Below are positions 7,712 through 17,000 of a DNA stretch of 34,401 nucleotides, piece after piece (the stretch's first letter is position 1; each line of letters opens with the position of its first letter). Source of the stretch: Candidatus Omnitrophota bacterium (lineage in GTDB: Bacteria; Omnitrophota; Gorgyraeia; B26-G9); the NCBI GenBank assembly GCA_023136735.1, contig JAGLQQ010000048.1:1-34401 (forward strand). The letters run 5' to 3'. A model generated the notes under the pieces. That model did not search any database. It was given only the letters and a program-made list of their open reading frames with translations, and was not told the DNA's origin. A program made the translations under genes and the position numbers.

Positions 7712-8269
7712 TTACCAGCTTTTAATATCATCATTATTTCCACTATTATCTGTTTGATCAGGGCCTCCTGACCATATTTTATAAGGCAATATACTGTCCA
7801 TCGTATAGTAATAAGCAATCTGCCAAGGATCAATTAAAGTTGCCGGGATACTCCCGCTCAAATCATTTTCTTTAAAACTCATATAAGGGCCATGCCAATC
7901 ACTATAAGAGCTATAAGTCGCGGTATCCGCTAGAAAGTTCACAAGATTTTGGTTCCCTGCAGCAGGATACGCACCGAAATCCACATGATAAAGAGCGAGT
8001 GCTGTTTCAAGAGATGCAATCATCGTCCTCGCCTGGTAGATCCTGGCTCTTTTTTTAGCAGCAATCCCTCCGTTCATGATCAATCCGGTGAGAATAGAAA
8101 TCACTCCCAGTATTACTAAAATTTCAATCAGCGTAAATCCCGTTAGAGAACGACGCCTTTTACCTGTCTCATTTTCAATAAGCACTTTGATACCGATTCC
8201 ATCCGTTTTCTCTAACGGGGTAAAACCGCCTAAAAGAGTATGTCTATACCTATTTTTAAAACCACACAT
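7712..8269 (-). CDS. GspG-like pseudopilin / type IV pilin-like protein. Alternative GTG start at 8185 would give a 16-aa leader.
   Basis: Prepilin motif LTG|FTLIEILVILGVISILTGL. C-terminus DPWQIAYYY...SGGPDQTDNSGNNDDIKSW resembles the GspG C-terminus. The ATG start gives an atypically long 44-aa leader. Confidence 0.8.
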   Translation of the reverse strand: MCGFKNRYRHTLLGGFTPLEKTDGIGIKVLIENETGKRRRSLTGFTLIEILVILGVISILTGLIMNGGIAAKKRARIYQARTMIASLETALALYHVDFGAYPAAGNQNLVNFLADTATYSSYSDWHGPYMSFKENDLSGSIPATLIDPWQIAYYYTMDSILPYKIWSGGPDQTDNSGNNDDIKSW

Positions 8270-8477
8270 TTAAATTGCTCTCTTTGCACTTTAATAAAAT
8301 CAACTTGATAAATATCATAAAGCGTTAAACGGTCAGGATGCCCGTATCGTCTAACGATTTTGGTTACGATATGTCCAAATGTTTTGAGCACGTTACCTTT
8401 TTACGTTACCGAAACGGATTTCGTTACCTAAACCATTTACCAGAAATCTTAAACTGTAAACACTTCTTTATTATATA

Positions 8478-9659
8478 TTATTTATCCTTCAATGCCGCTA
8501 TTCCAGGCAACTCAAGTCCCTCAAGAAGTTCAAGACTTGCCCCGCCGCCGGTAGAAACATGGCTCATTTTATCTGCAACATTAAAATGCCGAACAGCTGA
8601 AGCAGTGTCTCCTCCGCCTATAACGCTAATTGCATCAAGAGCAGCAATATACTCCGCTAGAGCCTGTGTGCCTTTTGAGAAAGGCTGCATTTCAAATACT
8701 CCTACAGGCCCGTTCCAAACTATTGTTTTTGCATTCTTTAGTTTATCCTTAAAAAGATCTATTGTTTTACGCCCGATATCTAGCCCCATCCAACCCTCTG
8801 GTATTTCAACTCCCACATCCTGGATATTAGCTGCAGCATCAAATTTATCAGCCGCACAATTATCCACAGGTAACACCATCTCAATATTCTTACTTGCCGC
8901 CTTATCTAGTATTCTCTTAGCCAAATCTATTTTGTCCGCTTCTAACTTAGAATTGCCTATCTCTTTGCCTTGAGCTTTCAGAAACGTATACGCCATGCCT
9001 CCGCCAATCAGAAAGCAGTCAACTTTGCCCATCATATTTTCTATCATTTTTATTTTATCAGATACCTTAGCTCCTCCCAGTATTGTCACAAGAGGCTTTT
9101 CCGGATTTTCCACAACTTTACCGAGAAAAGCCATTTCTTTTTCAAGCAGCAATCCAGCCACGGATGGCAGATAATGTGTTACACCCTCTGTTGAAGCATG
9201 CGCGCGATGTGCTGTACCAAAAGCGTCATTTATAAAAATATCCCCTAAAGATGCCAATTTCTTAGCAAAATCCAGATCATTCTTAGTTTCTTGAGCATAA
9301 AAACGCAGATTTTCAAGCAAGATTATCTTCTCTGGGGAGTCTTTGACTGCCTTCTCTACAGTCTCCCCTATACAATCATCAAGCATTGCAACCGGCATAT
9401 TTGTCAATTCACTTAGACGTTTTGCCACAGGACAAAGCCGCATTTTTTCGACCACCTGCCCTTTGGGCCTGCCCAAATGGCTCATAAGGACTAGCTTTTT
9501 CACACCTTTATCAATACAATATTTAATCGTAGGCAAGGCGGAAACTATTCTCAGATCATCATTGATATTGCAATTCTCATCCAGCGGAACATTAAAATCC
9601 ACCCGCATTAAAACACACTTGTCTTTTAAATCCACGTCTTTAATAGTCATCTTGTTCAT
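8478..9659 (-). CDS. pgk: Phosphoglycerate kinase
   Basis: 393 aa. VLMRVDFNVPLD...SHLGRPKG...FINDAFGTAHRAHAS...GGAKVSDKI...GGGMAYTF...WNGPVGVFE...IGGGDT...STGGGASLE. Confidence 0.95.
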   Translation of the reverse strand: MNKMTIKDVDLKDKCVLMRVDFNVPLDENCNINDDLRIVSALPTIKYCIDKGVKKLVLMSHLGRPKGQVVEKMRLCPVAKRLSELTNMPVAMLDDCIGETVEKAVKDSPEKIILLENLRFYAQETKNDLDFAKKLASLGDIFINDAFGTAHRAHASTEGVTHYLPSVAGLLLEKEMAFLGKVVENPEKPLVTILGGAKVSDKIKMIENMMGKVDCFLIGGGMAYTFLKAQGKEIGNSKLEADKIDLAKRILDKAASKNIEMVLPVDNCAADKFDAAANIQDVGVEIPEGWMGLDIGRKTIDLFKDKLKNAKTIVWNGPVGVFEMQPFSKGTQALAEYIAALDAISVIGGGDTASAVRHFNVADKMSHVSTGGGASLELLEGLELPGIAALKDK

Positions 9660-9701
9660 TTTGCATTCTCCTTATATTAAACATTTAGATTTAAGACTTT
9701 A

Positions 9702-9730
9702 ATTATACCACTGCCAAAACCCTATTGCAA
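9702..9730 (-). promoter_or_regulatory. Sigma70-type promoter candidate for pgk
   Basis: Minus-strand TTGCAA (9730-9725), 17 nt, TATAAT (9707-9702). An AAGGAGAA RBS precedes the ATG at 9659. Confidence 0.5.
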
Positions 9731-9794
9731 TCATAGTCTTGGGGCCCCCCGTTATCTTCTTTACGCAGCTTCATTTTTCATAAATTCTATGATT

Positions 9795-12263
9795 TTATTT
9801 TAAAATATTTAAAAAACTCCCCATAACCTCTTTCAGCTGATTTAATGTTTTCTCCTCCGGAACAGGGATTTGAAATGTCTTTCTTCCCGTATCCTTATCC
9901 GTGGAAATGCGAATACCTAAAGGTAATTTGGGCCCCGTTGAGCTTGCTTCCTTCGGTTTCTGTCCATCAAGGCTGTTACTTAAATCCTTCAGAAAAGAAG
10001 CTCCTAATCGCAGCATCGTTTTTAGAGAATCCTCTCCCTCTAAGCCTCTACGCGTAACTCTATCTCGCTGTTTTTGGGCCTTAATTTCATGTTCTTCTGT
10101 TATTTCCTGCATGGAAACTTCTCTCTCCTTTAATAATTTCTCATAAGATTCCTTGTTAGAATCGTCTTTATCCTCCAATGATTCTGTTGCTTTCTCAACG
10201 GTCTTCATAAACCGATTAAATTTCGTTGTTCCCATGAAAACCTCATTATCTCCTTTATCTAAGACGCCGGAAAACATAGAATGTTTAAATTTAAGCAAAC
10301 CAAGAATCCCATGCTCAAGACCGCCCTGTGAGATAAAATTAATCACATGAACGGGATTTTTCTGCCCCATACGATGCACCCGGCTGATTCTTTGTTCTAA
10401 TATAGCAGGATTCCATGGAAGATCGATATTAATGACAAAGGCAGCGTTCTGAAGATTCAATCCTACACTACCGGCCTCAGTTGATAAAAAAATCCGGCAC
10501 TTCGCGTCCTTCTTAAAAGCTTTAATGAGCTCTCCTCTTTTGCCTGACGGCACCCCTCCATGCAAAAAGGCGTAATTCCAGCCATTGACCTTAAGCATAC
10601 GCGTAATCAACTCCATCATACGAAGCCACTGAGAAAAGATTACTACCTTTGCCCGCGGGTTCTCAAAAATTTCCTTAAGTTGGACCTCTAACTCATCAAT
10701 CTTTGGGCCATGAATCATATCCTGGTCAATTAAATAGGTATTATCACAGACCATACGCATATTCTGTAGCGACATCATTAAAATTTGTTTTTCCTTCTCT
10801 GTTAAAAAATGATTTCGATTCCATTTAGAAGCAATCCTAACAACAGTATCTTTATTATCGTTATGAATGTCCTGCTGTTCTTTTGTCATGGTAATAAAAT
10901 AATTCTTATTTATCCTCTCAGGAAGTTGACTTAAAACCTCCTTGCTCTTACGGCGAACCAGAATTTTCTTTAAGGAATCACCTAACCTATTCAGATTTCT
11001 GTACCCGACAACCTTTCCCTTTTCATTAACAATCTGGTGTTTATGCAGGAAACGAAATAGCGGGCCTAAATGATATCGGTCTATAAACTCCACAATCGAA
11101 TGGAGTTCCTCTAAACGATTTTCTAAAGGAGTCCCGGTGAGAACAAGAGCATACGGAGATTTTAATTGTTTTACAGACTGTGCCATCCGTGTCTTCCAAT
11201 TCTTAATACGCTGCGCCTCATCAAGGATAATCAAATCAGGCCCCCACTCTAAAATCGGAGCAATATCTCTGTGAATAACATCGTAGTTAACAATCTTAAA
11301 AAAACTTTTTTCCTGATATTGGCGATGCCTATAAGGCAATAAACCTTGTATTATTTGAACACCGCGATTAGCAAACCTCTCAATTTCCTGCTTCCATTGA
11401 AACTTTAGACTTGCCGGACAAACAACCAGCACTTTTTCAATTCCAAAACATTCGGCCATAATCTCACTGGCAGCAATTGCCTGAATCGTCTTACCTAATC
11501 CCATCTCATCCGCGATTAAACTCCGCCCCGCGAAAGAGGCAAAAAGCGCCCCTTCTCTTTGATAAGGATACAATTCCGCTTTAAGGAGATGCTTCCATCG
11601 CGGGCTGTCAATACCCTTTGGAAAAGCCTTCTTTAGGCGTCTTTTTCCCAATTCCATATCCCGCGCATCAGCTATAAATTCCATCGCGTCATTATGATAT
11701 TGAATTTCATCTTTTAAAACACTTGTCCGTAACATAAATTCATCAAAACACTGAAATCCTTTATCTGTTAGAAATAATTTCTCATCAAAAAATTCTGAAA
11801 CTATTTTTTTCAGTTTCTCACTGGCCTCCCGGCCAAGCAAAAAAGAAGCTCGCCGTTGAAGCCCATACCTTAAAGTCACCGCAGAATATTCCGGATGAAA
11901 TCCTTCTCTAAGAGCCTGTCTTCCCCCTTTTTTTCTTCTTAAACGGCGCAGTATTGATTCGATATGCTTACAAGTACCTAACGTATTAATAGAAAAATCC
12001 GGACAAGAACAATAATTAATACCTAAGGCCTCTCCGGCAATAACAACACGATAAGTTTTATCAGTCGCTGGATTTCTCACCCTAAAAGTGGAAAAAACAG
12101 GATGCGTCCCAACATTCTTTACGCTCATCCTCTGTTCTACCGCAATCTTTTTTCGTAAAGCAACCTGCCATTCCTCTAAAGATAATCCTTCAGGTTTTTG
12201 TATATGAGAAATCTTCTTAGCTTCCTTTTTCCGTTTAATTCCTTGTTTCTTTTTCATAATCAT
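9795..12263 (-). CDS. SNF2-family helicase with an N-terminal SWIM zinc finger
   Basis: 822 aa. SWIM CSCPDFSINTLGTCKHIESIL. SNF2 motifs DEMGLGKTIQAIA, LILDEAQRIKN, LTGTPLENRLEEL, LSTEAGSVGLNLQNA..INIDLPWNPAILEQRISRVHRMGQ. Lys/Glu-rich C-terminal tail. Confidence 0.88.
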   Translation of the reverse strand: MIMKKKQGIKRKKEAKKISHIQKPEGLSLEEWQVALRKKIAVEQRMSVKNVGTHPVFSTFRVRNPATDKTYRVVIAGEALGINYCSCPDFSINTLGTCKHIESILRRLRRKKGGRQALREGFHPEYSAVTLRYGLQRRASFLLGREASEKLKKIVSEFFDEKLFLTDKGFQCFDEFMLRTSVLKDEIQYHNDAMEFIADARDMELGKRRLKKAFPKGIDSPRWKHLLKAELYPYQREGALFASFAGRSLIADEMGLGKTIQAIAASEIMAECFGIEKVLVVCPASLKFQWKQEIERFANRGVQIIQGLLPYRHRQYQEKSFFKIVNYDVIHRDIAPILEWGPDLIILDEAQRIKNWKTRMAQSVKQLKSPYALVLTGTPLENRLEELHSIVEFIDRYHLGPLFRFLHKHQIVNEKGKVVGYRNLNRLGDSLKKILVRRKSKEVLSQLPERINKNYFITMTKEQQDIHNDNKDTVVRIASKWNRNHFLTEKEKQILMMSLQNMRMVCDNTYLIDQDMIHGPKIDELEVQLKEIFENPRAKVVIFSQWLRMMELITRMLKVNGWNYAFLHGGVPSGKRGELIKAFKKDAKCRIFLSTEAGSVGLNLQNAAFVINIDLPWNPAILEQRISRVHRMGQKNPVHVINFISQGGLEHGILGLLKFKHSMFSGVLDKGDNEVFMGTTKFNRFMKTVEKATESLEDKDDSNKESYEKLLKEREVSMQEITEEHEIKAQKQRDRVTRRGLEGEDSLKTMLRLGASFLKDLSNSLDGQKPKEASSTGPKLPLGIRISTDKDTGRKTFQIPVPEEKTLNQLKEVMGSFLNILK

Positions 12264-12379
12264 CAGATACCCCTTCTATTTATAGCTATTATAAAATTTA
12301 TTAAGTCCTCTTAAACGCGTCATTCTCTGAAGAACAGTGCCTGCTCCCGTTATATTTTCCTCGGGACAAATTGACAGTA

Positions 12380-12408
12380 TTGACAATTTGTGCGGTATGT
12401 GCTATATT
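12380..12408 (+). promoter_or_regulatory. Consensus sigma70-type promoter on the plus strand
   Basis: TTGACA (12380-12385), exactly 17 nt, TATATT (12403-12408). A second TTGACA lies at 12371-12376. Confidence 0.6.
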
Positions 12409-12414
12409 TATATT

Positions 12415-12510
12415 GCAGTGTGAAGCGGTGGAGTCAAGACTTGATTTAAGTCAAGTCCCGATAAGTTGGGTGTGTCCCAATCGAAACCAAGGCAAACACT
12501 GCTTTTTTTT
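12415..12510 (+). ncRNA. Candidate small structured RNA of about 90-96 nt, identity unknown
   Basis: 5' GCAGTGT (12415-12421) pairs with ACACTGC (12496-12502), followed directly by T8 (12503-12510). Internal hairpins are GACTTGA/TCAAGTC (12438-12457) and TTGGG-TGTGT-CCCAA (12466-12480). AGTCAAG is duplicated. No credible ORF. Confidence 0.45.
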
Positions 12511-13234
12511 AGAAATTATCTTCTGTTTCAATTTTTTCTATTCGTTTAAGCAAATTATACCAAAAGGGTTTTCCCTCGTATTTTTTCCTAACGGCCCAAG
12601 CTAAATAATCTATCATTTGTAACCCTTTACTATTTCTCGAATTCTCAAAGTAAATGTTTATTAACGGATCGATGGTTCTTTTTGAAGCAAACTGGAAAGA
12701 GAGCTCATTTTTGATATATCCAATGTAATCAAGATTCAGTCTTTGGATACTTAGGTTCACATTTTTTTGTTTTTTTACCAAGGTGATATTTCTTTGATCT
12801 ACGCATATTTCCATTGTATCTCTAAGAAAGCTGAAACATTCCGTATATAATTTTTTTGATAGGAAATTATAGATTTTTTCTTTATGTAAACATTTTAAAT
12901 TTGGCCCTTGCTTGGCTGGTTCATGGATTAGGAAGCCTGCTTTTATATCTAACTTGTTTATATCTTTATATATTTCTTGCAAGTAGAGTTTGGGGTTTAT
13001 TTTTAATTTAGTACAATTAATTTCATGACGGGGATTTTTGTAATTATATAAATGCGTTGCTTTTATCTCAGCATCTTTAGGCCAACCGTTTTCCCATAAA
13101 TAATTATTATGAAACTTGAGAAGCCGGTTAATTTGAGAAAGCTCTTTTTTGTAATAGAAAAGCATTCCGATAATAAAATGCTGTGTTCCTTTACACTGGC
13201 CCAAATCACCAGTTTCGTCAATAAAAATAAACAT
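12509..13234 (-). CDS. DUF3800-family protein, last gene of the defence operon
   Basis: 241 aa. N-terminal MFIFIDETGDLG (the DESG-type start typical of DUF3800) and C-terminal LQMIDYLAWAVRKKYE. AAGGAA RBS. 37-nt gap from the zinc-ribbon gene. Confidence 0.7.
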   Translation of the reverse strand: MFIFIDETGDLGQCKGTQHFIIGMLFYYKKELSQINRLLKFHNNYLWENGWPKDAEIKATHLYNYKNPRHEINCTKLKINPKLYLQEIYKDINKLDIKAGFLIHEPAKQGPNLKCLHKEKIYNFLSKKLYTECFSFLRDTMEICVDQRNITLVKKQKNVNLSIQRLNLDYIGYIKNELSFQFASKRTIDPLINIYFENSRNSKGLQMIDYLAWAVRKKYEGKPFWYNLLKRIEKIETEDNF

Positions 13235-13271
13235 TGTGGGTTCCTTTTATTAAAATAACGTTCCTTGAATT

Positions 13272-13427
13272 TTATTTTTTAATGATTTTTCCACACTCAG
13301 GACATTCAATTTCATTATCAATAAATAAGCTACAAGATACTTCAGCTCCGCAATGCGGACATTTAACGATATCCGCACCCATAGTTACATCGTATTCTAA
13401 AAATTCGTCAAATAAATCATCAATCAT
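13272..13427 (-). CDS. 51-aa zinc-ribbon protein (not in the ORF track, below the size cutoff)
   Basis: Hand translation: MIDDLFDEFLEYDVTMGADIVKCPHCGAEVSCSLFIDNEIECPECGKIIKK. Two CxxC pairs (CPHC..CPEC). The ATG overlaps the upstream stop by 8 nt (ATGATTGA). Confidence 0.6.
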   Translation of the reverse strand: MIDDLFDEFLEYDVTMGADIVKCPHCGAEVSCSLFIDNEIECPECGKIIKK

Positions 13428-14019
13428 AGTCGAACACTTTTATGCCCAAATCTTCTAAAGCAATGAAATGCCACTTGTATCGCTGAATATAACCCAGAGC
13501 AGTTCCACCAAGACTACTTACAGCCATACGCAATGTATTATAATGTTCTTCTCTTAATTTGACTATCCAAGCCTTGTTTGGAACAATCAAAGTAGTTTCA
13601 TCTGGATCTAAAATAAGGCTGTCTGTTTTTATACGCCATTCTCTTTCCCAAGTAAAATCTTTATCATTATCCGGTTCATATCGTACATGTCTGTATCTCA
13701 TATCTTCGGGCAAATTAAGATATTCATTATCAGGCTGATAAACAACAGGCCGCCCGCCTTGAGCATATAGCCACTCTTTTGAAACCATTATTCCAAATGG
13801 CCGATAACGAATGTTTGTTTGATTCTCCAAAGTAAACATTCGAGCTATCTCGTGAATCGGGGTCTCAGAAAAACATACACAGCGATAGCCGTCCTTGATG
13901 AATCCTATGCCTCCGTTCAGCTTTTCGTCTTTTAGTATCTGAAAAAAAATACTGCCGGCATTATCAAAAACATTGTTTTTAACTAAATGTATTAAATTAT
14001 TACTTATATCACTTCTCAT
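13420..14019 (-). CDS. AbiGi-like abortive-infection family protein (tentative)
   Basis: 199 aa. The pattern LIHLVK...FFQILKDEKL...CVCFSETPIHEI...YRPFGIMVSKEWLYAQGGRPVVYQ resembles my recollection of the AbiGi family (hFHFTK..IL..., vCFcDiPl, YG.yGI...K.W....G..PV.Y). ATGA overlap with the MTase stop. Confidence 0.45.
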   Translation of the reverse strand: MRSDISNNLIHLVKNNVFDNAGSIFFQILKDEKLNGGIGFIKDGYRCVCFSETPIHEIARMFTLENQTNIRYRPFGIMVSKEWLYAQGGRPVVYQPDNEYLNLPEDMRYRHVRYEPDNDKDFTWEREWRIKTDSLILDPDETTLIVPNKAWIVKLREEHYNTLRMAVSSLGGTALGYIQRYKWHFIALEDLGIKVFDYD

Positions 14020-17000
14020 GTCTTATCCAATACAAGTTTGCGCTCTTCAGTCGTAAGTTCATATAAATCAAAAACAAAATCGTCAATTTTACATTCTTGA
14101 AGTTTTATTTGCTTTTGTTTTCGATCGTTACAGGTGAAACTTGTCTTAACGCGCAAGTCAATCATTTTATCTACTTCAATGATGAACTTTTTTTGCGTGA
14201 TAGAATCAAGTTTCGGGATAGGGATTTTACCAATATAATGATTATCAAAATGCATCGTGCGAATTGCCGAACAGTATATAAATTTATAAGTATACCAGCT
14301 AACAAACTTTGAATTTAAAAGACCAAGAATATATTTATAATCATAATCTCGATCATGTATAACTGTGTTTTGCACAGTATCAACACTATAAATTATACCT
14401 TCTTCATCCAAAGCAGACATTATCTTAATATGAGGATTTGGATTTTGAATATGAGCTATCAAATCTTGAGATATGATTTTTTTTTGGGACATAAACGCTA
14501 CTTTTTTCTTTTTTTTCTCCAGTTCTATTTCAGTAAGAAACCCTTTTATACCATTGAGGCCATATCTAAAGATATTTTTACCCCCAATAATTTTATGCTT
14601 CCCCTTGTCCTTTAAATATTTTTGCAAAGCAACTCCACGATGCGTTTCAGAAATTTCCCGCATTAATTTATGCGGTACTCGCAACTTCAAAAATATGTCC
14701 AGCTCATTTTTCGTTACATCGCAAATCCAGGCTTTTGTAATTGCCACAGCTTTTTGCGGTATTATTATCTTTCGAATAAAGGCATTATCTAAAAATTTCT
14801 GTGCAACATACGAATTTCTCTTAATATCCCTTCCATATACAAAAACAATCTGTTCTAGCTTTACTTTTTCAAAAGCTTTTTCGACATCAACAAGAGATAA
14901 ACTATGCGGTAATAATGCTTCAACTAACGAAACCCATTTTTCTGAATAGAGCAAGGACTTAGGAACAATATAAGAAAGAGTACCCTTTTTGTTGAGAAAT
15001 CTATTTTTTCCATAATCAATAAAAAGAGCAGCGCTATTATTATTCTGAGTATCAACGACATAGCTAAAAATATACTTTAATTGCTCTTTTTCTATTTTCG
15101 CTCCATATGGTGGATTGGCTATCACAATATCAAATCCGCCTTTATCCTTGAAGACTTCGAAAAAGTTAAGTTTCCATAAAAAATATGGCCTAACTTTCGA
15201 CCGGTGAATTTCGTTTGGGATAGCAAGAAACTCAAGCTTTTTTTTCATTAACTCTGCTTGCTGTTTTCTGTGATCCGGAAGCTGCATATTAAGATTTTTT
15301 ATGCGTACATCAATGTCGTTAACCCTTTTCTGAACAGAATGTTTTATAAACTCAAGTTCGATTTTTTCTATTTGATTTCGTATCTGTTTTTTACTCTCCG
15401 GAGCATACTCACGGAAATATTGCAGGTGTAGTTCCCTAAGAGCCTTCAAATGTTCCTGAGCATCCTCCTTAAACCAAGTTGGCTGCATTAGGTTGTTTGC
15501 TGTTTTAGCGCGCTTTTTTGGAGGATTTAGGAGTTTGTTGATTTCTATTATTTCTTCTTTAAGCTCTTTTTGTTTTTCGCTTGTTAACTTTCCTTTTGTG
15601 TGTACTTTGAAGAATTCTTTTTGTTTCGCGCTTAATTGCTTTTTAAGTTCCCCACGCTTTTTCTCAGTCAAATCGTTTTGATGTGAGACTTTCCCCAGCA
15701 GTTTAGGGTCGAAAAGCTGGATAGATTCATCACCAACAACTAATTCCTCGAGTAGGCTATTCCCACACATTATCTTATAATCCAGGTTAGGCAAAGGCTC
15801 TACATCCTTCAATTCATAGTCAACAACTAAACTCAACCACAATCGTAACTTGGCTATATCCACTGCCCCAGGATCAATATCAACACCGTAAATGCAATTT
15901 TGGATTGTTTCCGTTTTAAGTTGGTGTTCACTTTTTCCCTTTTTAAGCTCTAATGTCTTACTAATAGCGCGACGGATGCCAACAACTTCATTTAACATTC
16001 CAACCAAGAAGGCTCCGGATCCACATGCAGGATCACAAATCTTCAGATCGATAAGAGCTTGCTCAATTTTTTCCGCTTCGTTTTTTGAAAGAATAAAATC
16101 TTGAGTTGAAGTTCTATCGGTATCCTTATAAGCAATCAACCGTCTTAACTTGTTGTTATCGATAGATGTTACGGTTTCTAAGCAGCTGACAAGGCTTTCC
16201 TGACACATATAATGAACGATTTCACGAGGGGTGTAATATGCTCCCCGGCCTTTGCGCAAATTTTCAGGAAGCAGATTTTCAAAAACTTTTCCCAGCATTT
16301 CCGGGTCAACCGCGACTTCTTTTTCAAGAGGTTCATCTTCTTTAACAGTAAAATTATAAAGGTCAAAAACGGCTAAAATATCTTCAAAAATATCGTCATT
16401 TAAATTCACAAAAGTATTTCGCCAATCATATTCCGGGTCAAATAAGCCTCCGTTTAGAAAGGGTATTTTACATTCAAAAAGACGAGAATAAGACGGGTCC
16501 ACTTCATCCCGGCGAGAATTATTAAGAGTATCATAGAAAAGCGGCTCTAAATAATTGTTGTGAAAGTTTTCTTTTTTCTCTTTGGCTTTTTTAAAGATTG
16601 TTTGAAGGAAAAATTTATCTCCATGCCCCCAATTTTTACCTGAAGGAACACCTATCCACCCTTTTTTTTGCAAAAAATAAAGGAAAACTATCTGTCCTAA
16701 AAGCTTCTTGGCAAAATCCTCAATGACGATATGCTGCTTTGAAACTATTACCTGAAACGCATGATTTTTTTGTAAGTTATTTGTCAACCGGTCATATAAT
16801 TGACGGTAATTATCATAAAATTCTTTTGTAACTTTTTCAACACCAAACGCATCTTCAATATCAAAAACACAAGGATTAGTTTTCTGCTCTTTTAAAATCG
16901 GGAAAAGCTGTGTCTGCGCAGTATGAGACGGTTCGCCTTCTCCAACTAAGAAAGAAAATCGTTTTGGCGGTGTCCCGGCTTCGACCTTTACGCCTTTATC

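Noticed and set aside
12415-12510. Identification of the small-RNA candidate as tRNA, SRP (4.5S) RNA or a retron msr-msd
   Set aside because: It has a 7-bp closing stem but no D, anticodon or T arms and no CCA context, so it is not a tRNA. CCAAGGCA resembles the SRP 3' strand, but there is no helix-8 GNRA-loop hairpin and the fold is a three-way junction. The retron-like end pairing has no reverse transcriptase gene nearby.
13234-13458. Plus-strand 74-aa ORF between DUF3800 and the AbiGi-like gene
   Set aside because: The minus strand here encodes a zinc-ribbon peptide with two CxxC pairs and an overlapping start in operon context. The plus-strand ORF is its shadow.
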